60,014 bases of DNA, filler included, from Sphacelaria rigidula (GCA_964200075.2; 8 parts of 8 records of this genome joined end to end with filler, not necessarily neighbours in it), one strand, 5' to 3'; counted from the whole stretch's first letter, positions 25,501-39,400 are shown. A program made the numbers and translations. Notes: a model not told the origin generated them from the letters alone.

Positions 25501-28500
25501 TGAAATATGTCTAGGGGATCGCCGCGCAAATTATAACACGCGCGCGCACGCACACACACTGGTTGTCGATTCCTTGTGTCGTCCGCAAGACCTTCACCTC
25601 TCGGCATGAGAAGGGTGATACTGCGGGAATGGCACCGGTGTGTGATTCGGAGAACAGGTGGTCACCTCGACCGTCTGGTTCGGTGCAAATGCTTCAGCAT
25701 GAAGCATGTCGAAGAGAAAGTGATGAAGAACAGCATCCGAAGTTTTTTTCTCAACGTTCATCGCACTGCTCATACCAATGATTCCCGGCAGTTCGCTCGC
25801 TGTCAGGACACAATCGATATCGCCCATCGCGCAGAGTCGATGTGCGTGATTTGACAGTGCCGTACAGTACAGTGTTTGAAAATGTCAAGTTGGATACTAT
25901 GGTGTGAGGCAGATTTTTCGGTTTTCTGTCGATACAACCAGTCGGTTGAGGGCGGATGCGTGCTGCATGCTTGCTGCATGCTTGCTGCAAGTCATGGCAT
26001 GAAATTGAACGTAAGTGTATGCATTCATGTTATCAATGCCGTGACTGGCACAAACGTTGATTCAACTATCAACTCGACTCGTCTCGACATTTGGATCAGA
26101 TGAAGTTGTTGCGAAGTAACAAAACTATCCGAAAATCTTGATTTTGTAGGCAACATAGCGAAGGAGTCGAAAACAGTGCGACTGTCGTATGCCTTCAAAG
26201 AACATACACTGTTTCGGATACCCAAGGAAACCTGTCTCAGATACGGAAGGAAATTTGTTTCGGAAGCAACACTAGTGAAAGTAAACCGTTGTTTATCCAA
26301 GTTTGTCCTGCATAGAATGAGCTTGTTCTGGTTTGCATTTTGAAACACATGTGCGCATCGGGAATACACAATATGGGACACGTTATCGCTTTTCATTGCC
26401 GACTTCGAAATCGAGATATTCAACCACCAGTCAGCATGTGGAAAATAATACGAAATCGATAAAGATCCGAATATCTCGAGTTTGGAGTCTAAAATATGAA
26501 GTGAGCGACAGTCAAAGTTTTTTGCTTTTGAAGTGTACAAACGTGTGGAAACTTGCAAGTCGTTGCTCGCAATACCAAGAAGAAAGAGCCAGGAAGAAAA
26601 TAGTCAGTTCCGGTAAAGATGATGATTTGGCGTACAAACCGCAGCATATTGCAGCGCAAAGTCGGCCACTCATTTTTTTTGTTTTTTTGTCAGCACCAAT
26701 CAGTTGTGTTCAATTGTATACGTGCTTGTATGCCATTAACAGTGCAGGCAATGCGCTTTCGTTTCGCTTGAACCAGCTTGTAGGACATGGCGGGGTAATG
26801 GTTTCCGCACCACCAGAACACTCCCCAAAACCCTCTCGGCCGTCTAACTGTTTCGGGAGACTGTCGGTCAAATCAGTTGTACCGGAAGGAGGCTTGGTGC
26901 CCAAGAGACTTGAAAAATCATGCGAAGCATCGCCAGTATCGACCTCAAGGCGTGCGCGCCAAGCAGGGTGACTTGTCTTTGCTCTTGTCCACTCAATGTT
27001 CCGTTTGATGTACTTTGTGTGGACATCAGCCCGTCTCCCATCGTACGCAGTGAGTCAACCTTCGAAATAAAGGCACAGGGAGGCGTGAGTAAAGCGCTAG
27101 CAAGAGCCCCTTCAAGCGCGCTAGCGCGAGTTTAAGCCTGTTCATACCTCAAATCCCATGGCAAGCACAAACCAGTGAACCTAAATCTTTCGCATGCTGG
27201 GCAACGTGTTGAGGCTTATCGGCGAGAAGACCGCTGGTTCAAAACATTGTATGCACTTCTTAGATATGATATGCACGGTAAAGTACAGTGCAATACGTAT
27301 TGGGCTCTGTACAGCATCTTCAGAACTTAATCCCCAGTAGCAAGATTTCGGCGTCTCTTACTTCGGGGGGTGGGAGCAACTGCGACTGTGCGGTTCCGTT
27401 TTTGTTCTCGGAGGACGCTGTCGCGATTTATCCTTGGTAAATATTGCTTTGGAAGTTATAGCACGCCTTCTGGATGAACAGGCGAATGTTGAGCGTTCGC
27501 GTAAAAATCAGGACACGAAAAGCCTCAGCCTGCTGTTGAGCTAAGTCAAGTGCATGTTCGCTGTCGCTATGAGCCATTTCGTCGCGTACGTCGTCTATGT
27601 TCAGTACGTGGTGCACGCTGGCGAAGACCGCGACTGCGACATACGCAAATTAACACATACCGTGCCGTTGTTTTCGCAGTCTAGGTACTGTCGGGGCCCA
27701 ACTGCCACACCTCTAGTAGGTTCCGGTCGTGCACTCCATGTCGCGTTGTCGCATCACTATTTCTGCTGTTTTACTGCTGCTGTATCGTACACGAAAAAAA
27801 ACAAATCACCGCCCTAAAAATACAACAGTGCGAAATCAGCCAGGCAATGTGAAGTCGCGCCCCCTTTATACGCTGGCTACTCTGTTTTTTTTTCTTGTTC
27901 TTTTCTCCTTCTCAGCAGTTCCGTGATGACTGGGTTCGTGCAGTGTGGTTACTCCTCTTACTTGTCGGGCACTTTTGTAAGTCTTTGCCCGTGAGGTAGG
28001 AAGGTCCCTCCCCACAGCGGCTTGGTTAGCGTTGTACAAGCTTGCACCTCCTACGGTACACCGAAAGTGGCACGGAGCATCCGTTGAGAACGACAAGACG
28101 AAACGATGCTGAAAATCTTCACGCGGGTTGAGCGATCATACTCTCGAGCAGGACCAGGAGCAATATTCCCACCCCGATGTGCTCCCACACGATGTTCGCA
28201 GTCATTCATCACTATAGTGGTAATGAAGCGGGGTAGCCCATGTATGTACAGCCCGACCGCGCATTTTTCATTTTATTTCCTGAGATAATAACAAGTGTAT
28301 CTGCGATATGGCGGGCGGGAATACAGTAACATGTATCCCACAGCCCTCCTCCCTCCGGCCCCCCAGCTTGGTTTGGTCGAGCTTAGAACTCGAGAGCTGT
28401 GGTACCAGAGGAACATCACCCCCTTGCCGAATCATTTTATTTACATTTTTCACGTTTTCTCATTCGTCGATCGAGGGCCCCGTATGTGGCATCTGGTGCC

Positions 28501-29958
28501 CAAGGGGCCGATCATACCAAACACGCGTTCAGCCATGGATGCTGAAGACAAGGACCAGGGGGGGGGGGCGTTGTGAGTCAGCTGAATGGGGCTTTTCTCC
28601 GTTTTTTTTTCAAATATCGTATTAACACACCCTATGCCTACTATCAGCAAGGAATGACGGTGGCGCACGCTGCCAGTGTTGATGAAATTAGTTGCATGTA
28701 CTTAAACGCACCACCAAAGCACGAGAGTAGCACAGGTGAGGAACTCGACAAAAGGTGGTGAACAGTAAATATGAAAATTTTGATTGACGGGCCGAAACGT
28801 TCTCGATTTATCACATATCAGCTTCTAAAATATTGCACGAGTCGGACGTCAACGTTCTGCGATCTGTTTTATGATTTAAATATATGTATATATATATACA
28901 AGGTTCCCCTTCGGGAGGTTGGTACGGGCCTCCCGGGGGTGACGCAAGTCGAAAATATAGGGATAATATAGGCTGTTGTATCTCAATGTACAGTAGTAAT
29001 CGTGGCTGTACAAACTTCGCATGTGTTTTCGAATGGTGGCTCCGGATAAAGTTGACCAACTTGAGTAACACGGATGGAAGATTGTACAATTATTGGGCGG
29101 CAATAACTTTGACATGTGTGGCACATGCGTAGCTGCTCATCAGCTGTGCACGTTGTGCGCGACCTTATTGCTCAAATCTGTTCCGAATTTATGAAGAAAT
29201 GATTATTTGTTTGAGGCCGCTTCCCATTGACAGACAAAAGTCTCTAAGAGAAGTCATTCCAAAATACTTTTTTCGGAGACTTTTCAATGAAATCAGTTTT
29301 CAAAACCCCACCTTACGGGGTATAGTCTGTAGAAAAAACCTGGGGATTTGTACACCCGAGGCCATCATTAAGCCTGCGTGCAGGCGGTGGTATATATAGT
29401 GGTCATCATTTGCATTTTGTGATCGTTCCACCTGCGGTGAAGTAATACAAAAATAATCACGTCGAGGTACAGGATAGATGGGATTGTAACACACACACAC
29501 ACACGCGCGCGCACAGTAGCGGCTGCAGGTATTCAAAGGATCGAAATGACAGGCGTATCAACCCTTACTTCAGCCTACCGCCGCTTGACACACTGGTAGT
29601 GTCGCAAGCGGTGCAGTGTGTGCAGCTTACGGTTCGTGCCATCCCGCACACAACAAACTCACATGGCAGTCAGCAGTGCGATAGCAACCGTCTCAGCACA
29701 CAGAATACTACAGAGTTCGTAATCGGTGGCGGGCACGACGAGCATGACACGATATGAGCAGTCAACACAGCCAGCATGAGCGACATCGTGCTACTTTTTA
29801 GTGGTAACGCTGCCGGCGTAAAGGACTGTACTGCCTGTACTCTCTGTCCCTGGCCCCACGGTCATGAGGAGGATGCACGGAGTGCTGCAGCAGCTATGCT
29901 GTTGCCACGGTACTGTACATACAACATGTACGGCTACTTTTGCACTGACTGTACTACA

Positions 29959-30058
29959 NNNNNNNNNNNNNNNNNNNNNNNNNNNNNNNNNNNNNNNNNN
30001 NNTTAATTAATTAANNNNNNNNNNNNNNNNNNNNNNNNNNNNNNNNNNNNNNNNNNNN
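29959..30058. other. Artificial contig spacer
   Basis: 44 N + TTAATTAATTAA + 44 N. Confidence 0.98.
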
Positions 30059-30452
30059 CCTTTTCTGTTTTTTTTTTTCCCCTGTTTTGAGCCTGCACAA
30101 CGGGATCAGTGTTTGGATTCGTTTCCCCCTCCTACAGAGGAAGAAAGTTGGCGGCTGATAGTGCGTGCCTGAAAGTGCGGTCTCTACATTATAGCTGGGT
30201 CGCAATGTGATTCCGCGGCCTCCCCTTATATATGGCCGCCGACGGTTGGTGAAATCTTGGAAGAGCCCTATCGGGGGGTTTTGCCTGACACCGGTACAAG
30301 TTTTCGTCTAGGCGTGTACGTCCGCTCCTGTTTGTTTTTTGTCGTGATACTTTCCATCCCTCACAATTCCTCACAATCCTCGGAACGAGTCTCGAGCTGT
30401 ACAGTAGTCAGTAGTCAGTAATATAAAGATATCAACGCGTGGCTCTCTCCCA

Positions 30453-30700
30453 GACACTGCCTACGATAGCCCCCTCCCCAAAAGTGCATGGTTTTGGGAG
30501 GCAAAATCTTCACTTGAATCGAAATGGGAAAAGCCGAGCACAAGGAGCAGCTGGGAATTCCCACGCTTGGGTTCGTTTTAGCCAATGTCGCCAATATGAG
30601 GCGCTTCATGCGGCCTGAACCCCAGCATCAGGCGCTGTATGGCCATTTCTATCGTGACACTTTTGGGCTGGTTTTGGGGGGGGCTATCGTAAAAAGTGTC
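30453..30700. mobile_element. 248-bp MITE with GAC...GTC termini and 4-bp TSD CCCA
   Basis: CCCA|GACACTGCCTACGATAGCCCCCTCCCCAAAA ... TTTTGGGGGGGGCTATCGTAAAAAGTGTC|CCCA. Confidence 0.8.
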
Positions 30701-32374
30701 CCCAGTACCTCCTCCCATCGTCGTTTTTTTTTGCTAGTATCGCGGATTGGATGAGCATCCCACACCTGGTCGGGTCTCGCCGCGTGTTGTTCTGCCACTC
30801 ACGATCTCCCGCTTTCAGCGACGGGACACCACGCCTAGCGGGCTTTGCACCTGCATCCTTCCGTCATAACTAGCGCCATTAATGTTGATGCCGTGTGCCG
30901 GTCGGGTCGCCGGGGCGCAGCGGCATTGAGAGGATGTTCTCCGTTCTCCCTGTCATGTCCGTTTCGCAATTTCCCCTTCGGGTTAGGGTTAGAGTTTTGT
31001 CGTGTCCTCGAGTTTTCCCCTCAGCCGCTATTTTTCTCGTTCGTTCATGTCGTTGAATAGAGTCGCACCGGATCATCTGATCTTGAAAATGTGTATCCAT
31101 CAATCTATCAAGAGTTTTGGCATGGCTTTTGAGGTACACCATCTGCCTCGGGATGTGTCCGTGCTCTTTGCGGGAATTATCCTAACTCTCTCACGATTGT
31201 GCATTATGAATTTGACACCTTGGGGTGAAACCCTGCATTCAGTAGGCTTCTCGGCAGAAGTCGCTGGCCTTACATGTACTTGTAGTGGTGTTGCACCGAT
31301 CCACAGATGGAGTTGGAGTTGGAGATGTGGAAAATGACCTGGTGGGTGTGTATAAACAAGGACCATTAGAGTTTGAGGGTCAGGATGCAAGGATCGAAAT
31401 TTCTGTGTACGGTTCGGTTGATAGCTATCGTAGATTCTCGTACCGCGATCCGCACAATTGGGGTCATCATCCAGCTGTATTCTCAAATACCGAAGTGACG
31501 TCATTTTTTGTGTTTTTTGTACGGCGGTTGAATGGGCTCCTGCTTTTTTTTTTCACCCTTTTCACCCTTCAGGTGTCAAGAATTGAAGAATTGGGAGGTG
31601 TGCAGCACCTCTTATGAGGATCGTCAGCTCGCCCTCCCCGTATTTTGCTGTTCCTGGTATTGAACATGTACCCTTTTATCGCAGGACGGCGCTTCTATCT
31701 TCCCAGGGGCAAAATCGGCGGCAAGGAGGGGGGAGGGGCGGGAAGGGCGAGGAAGAATTGCGGACCGAGGACGGCACGTGCAGGAGACGAGGAGGTGCTG
31801 AGTTGACCCAGGAGGTGCTGTTCATGCCCGGCATGGAGGTATGTACAGTGTACAACCAAACTTACTTCTAAGGGATCTCATCAACTGCGCTTTTTTTTTC
31901 ACTTTTTTTTTTAAATGAGATTTTTTTCCAGACTTTTCCCAAGAAAATAAGATGTGGAAAAAATTCTGACGCTAGATTCTCGAAGAAATCTGCAGTTAGT
32001 CTCAGATTGTTTTTTTGCCTGACCTGGTTGAGAAATTGTCTCAGATGTTCGGATGACAAAATCTTTTTTTCTTCTCTAATCTCGAAAAAAAAGTCTGTGA
32101 GATCACTAAGGTGGTCCTCTGGAAGGAGGGCCCCAACTTGACGGTGGAAATTGATTGGCACGGTTACTGCTGCTGTAGGTCGGGCCCGATCTACTGCAAG
32201 GCTGACTTCCATTTCGAAGGCTGTCAGTTTTTAGCTTGCGCTGTAAGTTTACTGCCTTGGAAGATAGCTGGGTGCCTACTGTACCGCGGCATGGTGACGA
32301 GTCACAGGCACCCATCTTGTTCGCTGAATCCGCCATGGTGTGGGTGATGATGTAGTCGATACGCCTTAAATTTT

Positions 32375-32590
32375 AATTTGATTGAATGACGCACTCTAAC
32401 TGACCACCCATGGGTCCAGTCGTGATCGCATGATGGACGTACCCAAGACTTATTGAAGAAAACGAACGGGCAGAAAAAAGTCGAACATGACGACATGGCA
32501 GACTAACACGTTAAAAAAACAACAACAACAACAACAACACAACAAAAGCAAAAGTGCAGAAAGAGATGGCCGATCTGAAAAAAAAAAAAG
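32375..32590 (+). repeat. Dispersed A-rich repeat family
   Basis: ttgatt..cgcactctaactga..ccagtcgtgat..atgatggacgtacccaagac...gcagaaagagatggccgatctgaaa recurs at ~36590-36815, and partly at ~45150-45250 and ~47605-47670. Confidence 0.7.
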
Positions 32591-32871
32591 GAGTAGAAAA
32601 AACAAGAAGTAAAATGTAATAAATAAAATAAAAAAATAGAAAAAGGAAAAGCCCAAGAGATTTAGACGCCCACCTGTATCAATAATGAAAACTTTATTCG
32701 GAAGCAGGAGGGAAAAGTGACGAGCTAGAATAGAAACACTCCCGCCATGATTCTGAAGCCTCTTTTCTTGTAGTTTTATTTACATGAACCGGTACAGTAC
32801 AAGGTTTTGAAGAAAGAAGCGCCAGGCCACTTCTTGTGTGTACAAAAAGAATATCTCGTTGCCAATTGCCT

Positions 32872-33107
32872 CTTGGTCCTTCTGTGTCGTTTGACGCCGG
32901 AAAAGTGGGCCAGGCGGATGTTGATACCTTGGAATGACTTTTACTGCTTTTTGATGACTTGACCGTTTGTCAGTGAAAGTGCAACTTTGGTCAATGAAAA
33001 AAAAAAAAGTGTCTTGGAATGATCGCAACGAGTAGAGCAAGTCATTCCATGGTGTCAACATCTGCCTAGCCCTATTTTAGGATGTACAGCGACTCAGAAG
33101 GACCAAA
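32872..33107. mobile_element. Shorter foldback copy of the 5991-6447 family
   Basis: cttggtccttctgtgtcg..ccaggcggatgttgataccttggaatgactt is mirrored by aagtcattccatggtgtcaacatctgcctagcc..cagaaggaccaaag. Confidence 0.7.
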
Positions 33108-34304
33108 GGAGCAGTTTTCAACGATATTTTTTTCATTACATGGGAAGTGGCTTCACACAGTCAGTTTTTTATGGGCTGTTCGTACACTTTTATCCTTCTG
33201 TCAAAAGTTTGCGATGGTTATTGTAGATGGTCATTTGCGTGCTGTCTCTTCATGTGGTGGATATCTGACCACGCGAGAACTGTTTCGTTCTCGCTCAACG
33301 AACAAGGTTGTAATTTCGCATGGTGTACTACTACATGGTGTCGACATGTTACGACACTTGCCTTCCCCCTTTTCACGTCAAGCTTCATCCGCACAATGGG
33401 GGTACTTCTCATTTATACATGTCATATTTCATGTGTCGTGTGTCAACTGTTGCATTGCGAAAGATTTGGGATCTTTACTGCAGAAATGTTCATGGATTGA
33501 AACCAAGTACGTGCAAACATGGACAAACTGGAAAATGATTTCTATACTGCGTATGTTATTTGGTGGTCAAGTGGTGAAACGAAGGCTGAACGTTGATGGT
33601 GTGTCTGCATTGCTCTGTGGGTATCTGTGTTGAACCACCCCATTCAGGCAACGCGGGGTTTTACTGATATCTTCATTAAATAGATCGACGCACTGGCGAA
33701 GCTCATATTTTGTTATCCGTGGTTTTGTCCGTTCGGTAACGTGGCCGCGGCAGTTGTCAGGGTCTCCAGCTCCTTCTGTGGAGTCGGAGTTCTGGGACGG
33801 TGACGAAAATGACCATGTGGAGAATGACCAAGTGGACCCTAGAGAGGCTGTACAAGAAGCTTTAGACAGGTGATAGATTGCCCGCTCGACGTTGTTTCTT
33901 GTGTGAAATTGGAGGGCATTGTCGCGCTTTCTGTGGCACATTTTCCAATGGTTGATGGACATGTGGAGAATAGCCCAGTCAAGCTCGGAAGGGCTGAACA
34001 GGTAGCATTGACACGCGTTTTATCGTTGATACTCTGTCACCACCCTAATATGTCACAGACAACGTCAAGGACTCCGATGATGCAAAACATGGGTCACTCA
34101 ACAAGATTGCCCTTTCAGATGAACACCCGGGCGGGAGTACCAGAAAATGCCTGTCTTGTGGACTGAAAAAGGCATAGTTAACCCCTTGTTCGCGTGTGAA
34201 GTCTCTCGCTGGCCACTGCACCCTGTAGTGACGAAAATTCACCACGCATCACACCTTTTTGGTGACCCCTGCCCGTTCTGTTTGTGCGCACTGAACCGTG
34301 AAAG

Positions 34305-35492
34305 GCTCATGAACTTGGAAGGTTCGTTGACCAAGTCCCGCGGTCTGAAGGGGGACACCAAGCTGCTGGAGAGCGTCCTCTTCCCCAAGTCGACCATTCC
34401 CCCGATCGATGGCCCACAAGGGAGCACTCTAGATGGCACGCGAGACCGAACTGCTGGAAAGCAAAGCGCGGGCGAGACGTCAAACTCCACGAGACGCAAA
34501 AGCAGCTCCGCCGGGGGTCGGCAGCACAGGTATTTGTCATGTTCCACTTGTAACTGTTGTGCAGACTGCTCTATGCTCGAGAGAAGATGACAGGAGCTAA
34601 ACTACAATAGCACGAGTGTTTGTAGGTAACGTTTTCAAATTTTTCATGTTGGCGTATGTATCGGTATCAATTTGTTGCGAATCTACCGATGATCAAAGTA
34701 CGGCATATAGGCCTTCATGCGTAGGTACAGTACTACTGGGTTTGCGCGCTCGCCTGGTGCCTAAAGGTGCAAACGCCGAGGGTTTGGCGGAGAGCCGAGA
34801 TACCTGGTTTTCGTGTCAAAACTAGTGGATACAGAGAACCCGTCCTTCTCCGTCGCCCTTGCACTTTGCCTGCCGTGCATCATGTCTGCCTCCCCCCCCC
34901 CAAAAAAAAAAACAGGCGTTCGTCTTCATCCACACCAATAACCCCAGCCAACACGAGCAGCTTGCCACAAGCGTCATCAGCATCGGCATCGAAGAGCATG
35001 AGCAGGACAGGAGATAATCACTTTTCCCCACCGCCAACCAGCAACGGCAGTAAAATGGAAGATGACTCGCCCCACTGGTCCCAAAAGAGCACCACGAGCG
35101 CCAGCAGCTATTCGTCGACGCCGCAGGGCGGGGAGCAATTCACCGTATCTCCAGGCAGCGGCAGCATTGCAAGCGCAGCACTCGACCCGACCCTGTGGAA
35201 GCTGGTGGAACGCGGAGATGTTTGCCCGTTCGGGGACTGCGCTTTCACTGTGGATGCATTGGCTTTTGGCGTGAATGGCGATGCTGGGGGAGATGATGGA
35301 GGCAGTGTTGTCGAGGATGGGAGCGAGGGCGGTGCAGGCGTGGTTGCCGGTGGCCGTGGTAGTAGTAGTAGTGCTGGCGGGGTTGATGGACGCCAGGAGA
35401 AAAAGAAGGCGAATAGGTCGAGGTGCAGGCATTTTCATACACTGTGCGGCTGTCGGCATACGAGGGGTGCGCTCAAGGGCCTTTTGTTTCAA
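34305..35492 (+). CDS. Two internal exons (34305-34529 and 34916-35492) of an unidentified S/G-rich protein with a Cys/His cluster (partial gene)
   Basis: GT-AG boundaries join in frame (..HR|RSSS.., phase 2), with a GTGAGT donor at 35493. Contains VCPFGDCAF and RCRHFHTLCGCRH. A possible upstream exon ending at 33869 (..EAVQEALDR|LMNLEG) also joins in frame. Confidence 0.6.
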
Positions 35493-37472
35493 GTGAGTTC
35501 TTATTACTACTCTTGATGGTACCAGTACTGATTGTTTTTGTCTTCGGTGAGAGGGGGCAGGGGGGGGGAAGGAGATGTGTGTTCATTTTATCGCGTATCT
35601 TCATGTATCTTTCAGTGCAGGTGTGACTTACCTCCTCGCTATGATCCGATCCGCTTGCTAACGCGTACTAATGACCCGGGCGTGTCAACACTTGGATGGC
35701 CATCCTCCAATATACAGTCCGGGCTATGGTTTTGCTCCTATTCTGAGCGGCTGTTCCGCGGACCCTTCAAGTCACGACTTGACTGGTCCCGAGCCCTGGT
35801 TTCCAAGGAGACCTTCCGACTCCAACCAAGTCCATGTCGCGTATCAAATACCTATACCCCATACCGTATATAAGAAACAACTCAAGAATCGGACACGGTT
35901 AGAGACCTGTACAAAACAGCTCACCTAACTTATGGAACAGAAGAAGTGTTTTTTTTGTCGCTTGTTCACTGTCTTACGTCCCTCTCCCCTCGACCTCTTT
36001 TGTCGATAGAAAATGTGTGAATTCTCAATCTCGAATGATGACACCATACTCGCCCTGTGATATTTAGTGGCGTTTGTTGATGTTTTTCTTCCTGTTTTTT
36101 TTTGTGGCGACTGTGTCAATGTGTCAATGTGTCAATGCAATGCTGTTGGAAATATTGTCTTCGCGCCTCCGTATTTTTAGCCGGGGTATAATAATGCCGA
36201 GAGCAGCTATTGTGTTCTGCTGTCTCTGTGTTGTGTAGTATTGATGATGGTGATGATGATGATAATGATAACCTGCTTGTCGGTATCATCCGCTATTCGT
36301 TGGTGTGGCGATGTTGCTGTCATTTTGGTGTTTACGCTGACTTTTCGCATTCGTTCGTTTTGATACCGCTTCTGCGCACATGCTTGCTGACTACTGCCTT
36401 GAAAAAACGCGAACGGGATGTGACGGGATGTGTGCTGCCAAAAAACAAAACAAAAACGGTGTCTTTCAGACGAATCAGCTCGACAAGGCGAGAAATCACC
36501 AGCGGAAACACGCCGGTGAGTCCAAATTGTGCCAAGTATGCTCTCGGATATTGACCGCTTGCTTGATTCAGTAAGCCATTGATAGATTATTTGATTGTCG
36601 CACTTCAACTGATGCCCCAGTCATGATCCAGCCGTGGTGCCATGATAAACGTACCCAAGACAAATCAAAACTGAAGCACTCGCTAAAGAAAAAGAAGGAA
36701 CAGAAAGGTCGAACGTAGCGATGTATTACTAGTAGACCAAGACGCGAAGAAAACAAAATGAAGAAAAAAGTGAACAAAACCAAAGCACAGAAAGAAATGG
36801 CCGGTCTCAAAATAAAAATAAAAATTATGCCTCATCAACTACTTTGTCGATTTTTTTTTTGCTGAGTGACTCTTGTGCTCACGGCGCGCATGGAGTGTCT
36901 CACGGCATCCCATCTGCCGGGAGTTTAGCCGTGCTCACCAGGTGGATGTGGCTGATAATGAATGGTTCTTAATCGGCTGCTGCATGCGCATTTGATTGCA
37001 GTATCGCAGGAGCGTAGTACACGCAAACCGTAGCGCCGGCGCACGGAATCACCGCCCGCGTGTGGTCCGGCATGTTTCGTTTTTGTGGAGACGTCCAAGG
37101 GTGTGTTTGGGGGAGGGTACATGCCCTGGTATTTGCTCTTCCCGAATATCGTGTTCCGATTATCCAATCCCCCAAAGCCTACCCAAATATTGGGTAAGTT
37201 GGGTACAATCGCATTACTTTGCCTAGGATCTGGTTGTGTATGTTGAGTGCGATCTCGATACTGCACCCGAAATTTTGGGTGCTTAGCGATTGATTTTGTC
37301 AAAATACTCAAGTGCAGGAAATACCCTACCCAATACACACGCTCGGAGACGTCACAATGTCCGCGTGTAGCACGCTCGGGGGGCGGGGGGGGGGGGGGGG
37401 CTTTGAAACGGTTCGGGTTTATTTTTGACGCGTTTTTTCCCCCACCGCAGCCCCCTTTGTTTTTTTTTTTTT

Positions 37473-37572
37473 NNNNNNNNNNNNNNNNNNNNNNNNNNNN
37501 NNNNNNNNNNNNNNNNTTAATTAATTAANNNNNNNNNNNNNNNNNNNNNNNNNNNNNNNNNNNNNNNNNNNN
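37473..37572. other. Artificial contig spacer
   Basis: 44 N + TTAATTAATTAA + 44 N. Confidence 0.98.
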
Positions 37573-37574
37573 TG

Positions 37575-39400
37575 ACCCACTTATGAGACTCGTTTTTCGT
37601 GCAACCAAATACCCCCCCCCTATCGTAGGATGACTCATCTGACATGGATATTTGAAACATTCCCTCTTCCTACTAATTCTCTGATGAAATGATATCCTAC
37701 ATCGATATGCTTGGACTTGGAGTTCGATATGGGGTTCTGTGGCCTTTGAATAGCACCCTGCCTGTCCTCGAACATCTGTATACATGACCCTTCAACTTCA
37801 GGCAGCATGAACTCCCACACTTCTCTCAAAAACAGCACTCTCTTTACCAAGTCGGTCATTACAACGTATTCTGCTTCAGCAGTCGATAACGCCCCACACT
37901 TTGCGTCCTTTGAAGGAATATGGCTTCACTCTTGATGGTGTGCCGATGTGGCAACTGTCTTCTGCAGTTTATGCAGAGGTGCAGAGAGTGACGGTTAAGT
38001 GACTTGACTTGAGAATGGAGATGTTGAACTTGGCGCTTATGTGGCCGAAGACTCTAACTCATGGAAGAGAAGAGTATGAGAAGAGAAGTAGAAGAGGAAT
38101 GATCAGGAGGGCGAGCACCAAGTGTGCGAGCCTACCGATTAGCTAACGAACTTCCAGAACTTCCAGAACTTCCACACGTCTAGAACACTCGCGGGATATT
38201 ACAACCGATAACTCCCGATTAATCCCCCGACAACTTGTCCTGGAAACATAATGTACCGGAGAATATACCGCAGACTATTTCTGGATCACTCAAATGATTT
38301 CTTGCTTGTTTACAATAAGCTACGATAGAAAGTAGCCGTTACCAATGACTATCCCAACATCCTTGAGGATCATGACCCACAACCACCCCCGCACATCACT
38401 CGTCCTCCCGACACTGATCGCCTATCGGCAGCCGTACTCGCGTAGTCTGCATCAGCATATGCTTAAAAGTTGAGACCTTGCAAACTGCCTCTCCGGATGG
38501 TGACACCCAATGTACTCGTTCGCCTAACATATTCAAGTATACCAAGAGCAGTACGCAAGTGAATCAACCTTAGTGATGCGCAATACCTCGCTACCGCTCT
38601 CACTGCGCTACAGATGTCCGGTCTGGTCTGGTTTGCTAGCCATACGAGTGACCCAACCCATTCTCCGAATGTCAACGTCGTATCTACTTTTTCTCATTGA
38701 AATCCTCGAGCTTTACACCTGCACTCACGTTTTATTCCCCCATGATAATATGTTGTACTCCTGCACCAACTCCTCTGCAAAAATCTGTTGCGATATAGTA
38801 AGGGTCCCCCTTGCCAACTCTCTCTTGTAGTATAGACCCGAATACCACCGCAGTTCTCCTAGATTCTTGACTGGAACCACCGTGTTCAGCTGCTTACCAA
38901 ATCCATCACACTCTTCCTCATCCCCTACGGCAAAGATATCATCTACATGTACCACTGATGTGATCACAACCTGGGTATCCTCCATCAGTCGGAACACACA
39001 CGGATCTGCCAAACACTGATCAAAGTCTAGATTCTTACGGCATCCTGCTAAATGAAGATCCCACTGTCTCGAAGCCTGCCTGAGTCCATAGAGCGGTTTA
39101 TTGAGTCTCACTACCTTAGCAGATGAATTACCACAGCCATGAGGCAAACGCATGAAAACATCTTCGTCCATCACTGACTGCACAGAAGCTTGCTCGATAT
39201 TATAATGGCGTAGCGAAAGATTTTGCTCACAAGCAAGTGCTGTCATCAACCGTACGCTCGAAACCGCTACTGTGGGTACATATGATTACCCAAAGTCAAT
39301 GTCTGCCGGTTTTCGATCTCCCCTTGCGACCAGTCTTGATTTTGCTTTTGTCGGCCACCCAAACCCATCAACCTTCCAGTTGTAAACCCATTTCACGAAA
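37575..39400 (-). mobile_element. pol: Decayed Ty1/Copia RT and RNase H, interrupted by a solo LTR
   Basis: RT: RLNKPLYGLRQASRQW, DPCVFR, VVHVDDI, VGSLVWLANQTRPDI. RNase H: AYADADYA..DRRSVSG, LSTAEAEY, SKHIDVGYHFIRE. Stops and frameshifts are present. Confidence 0.93.
37911..38359. mobile_element. Solo LTR (449 bp, TG...CA) with 5-bp TSD TCCTT
   Basis: TCCTT|TGAAGGAATA...TATCCCAACA|TCCTT. Removing it rejoins the Copia RNase H sequence (..SSR-TQ..). Confidence 0.85.

Noticed and set aside
26710-27633. Minus-strand exon-like segments with splice-like signals
   Set aside because: There is an in-frame stop at 27428-27430, the phases do not join cleanly and no domain is recognisable.
31050-31500. 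Possible remnant of the same Gypsy Tudor-like tail (TDTSRGRWC)
   Set aside because: The similarity is only a few residues and cannot be distinguished from chance by eye.
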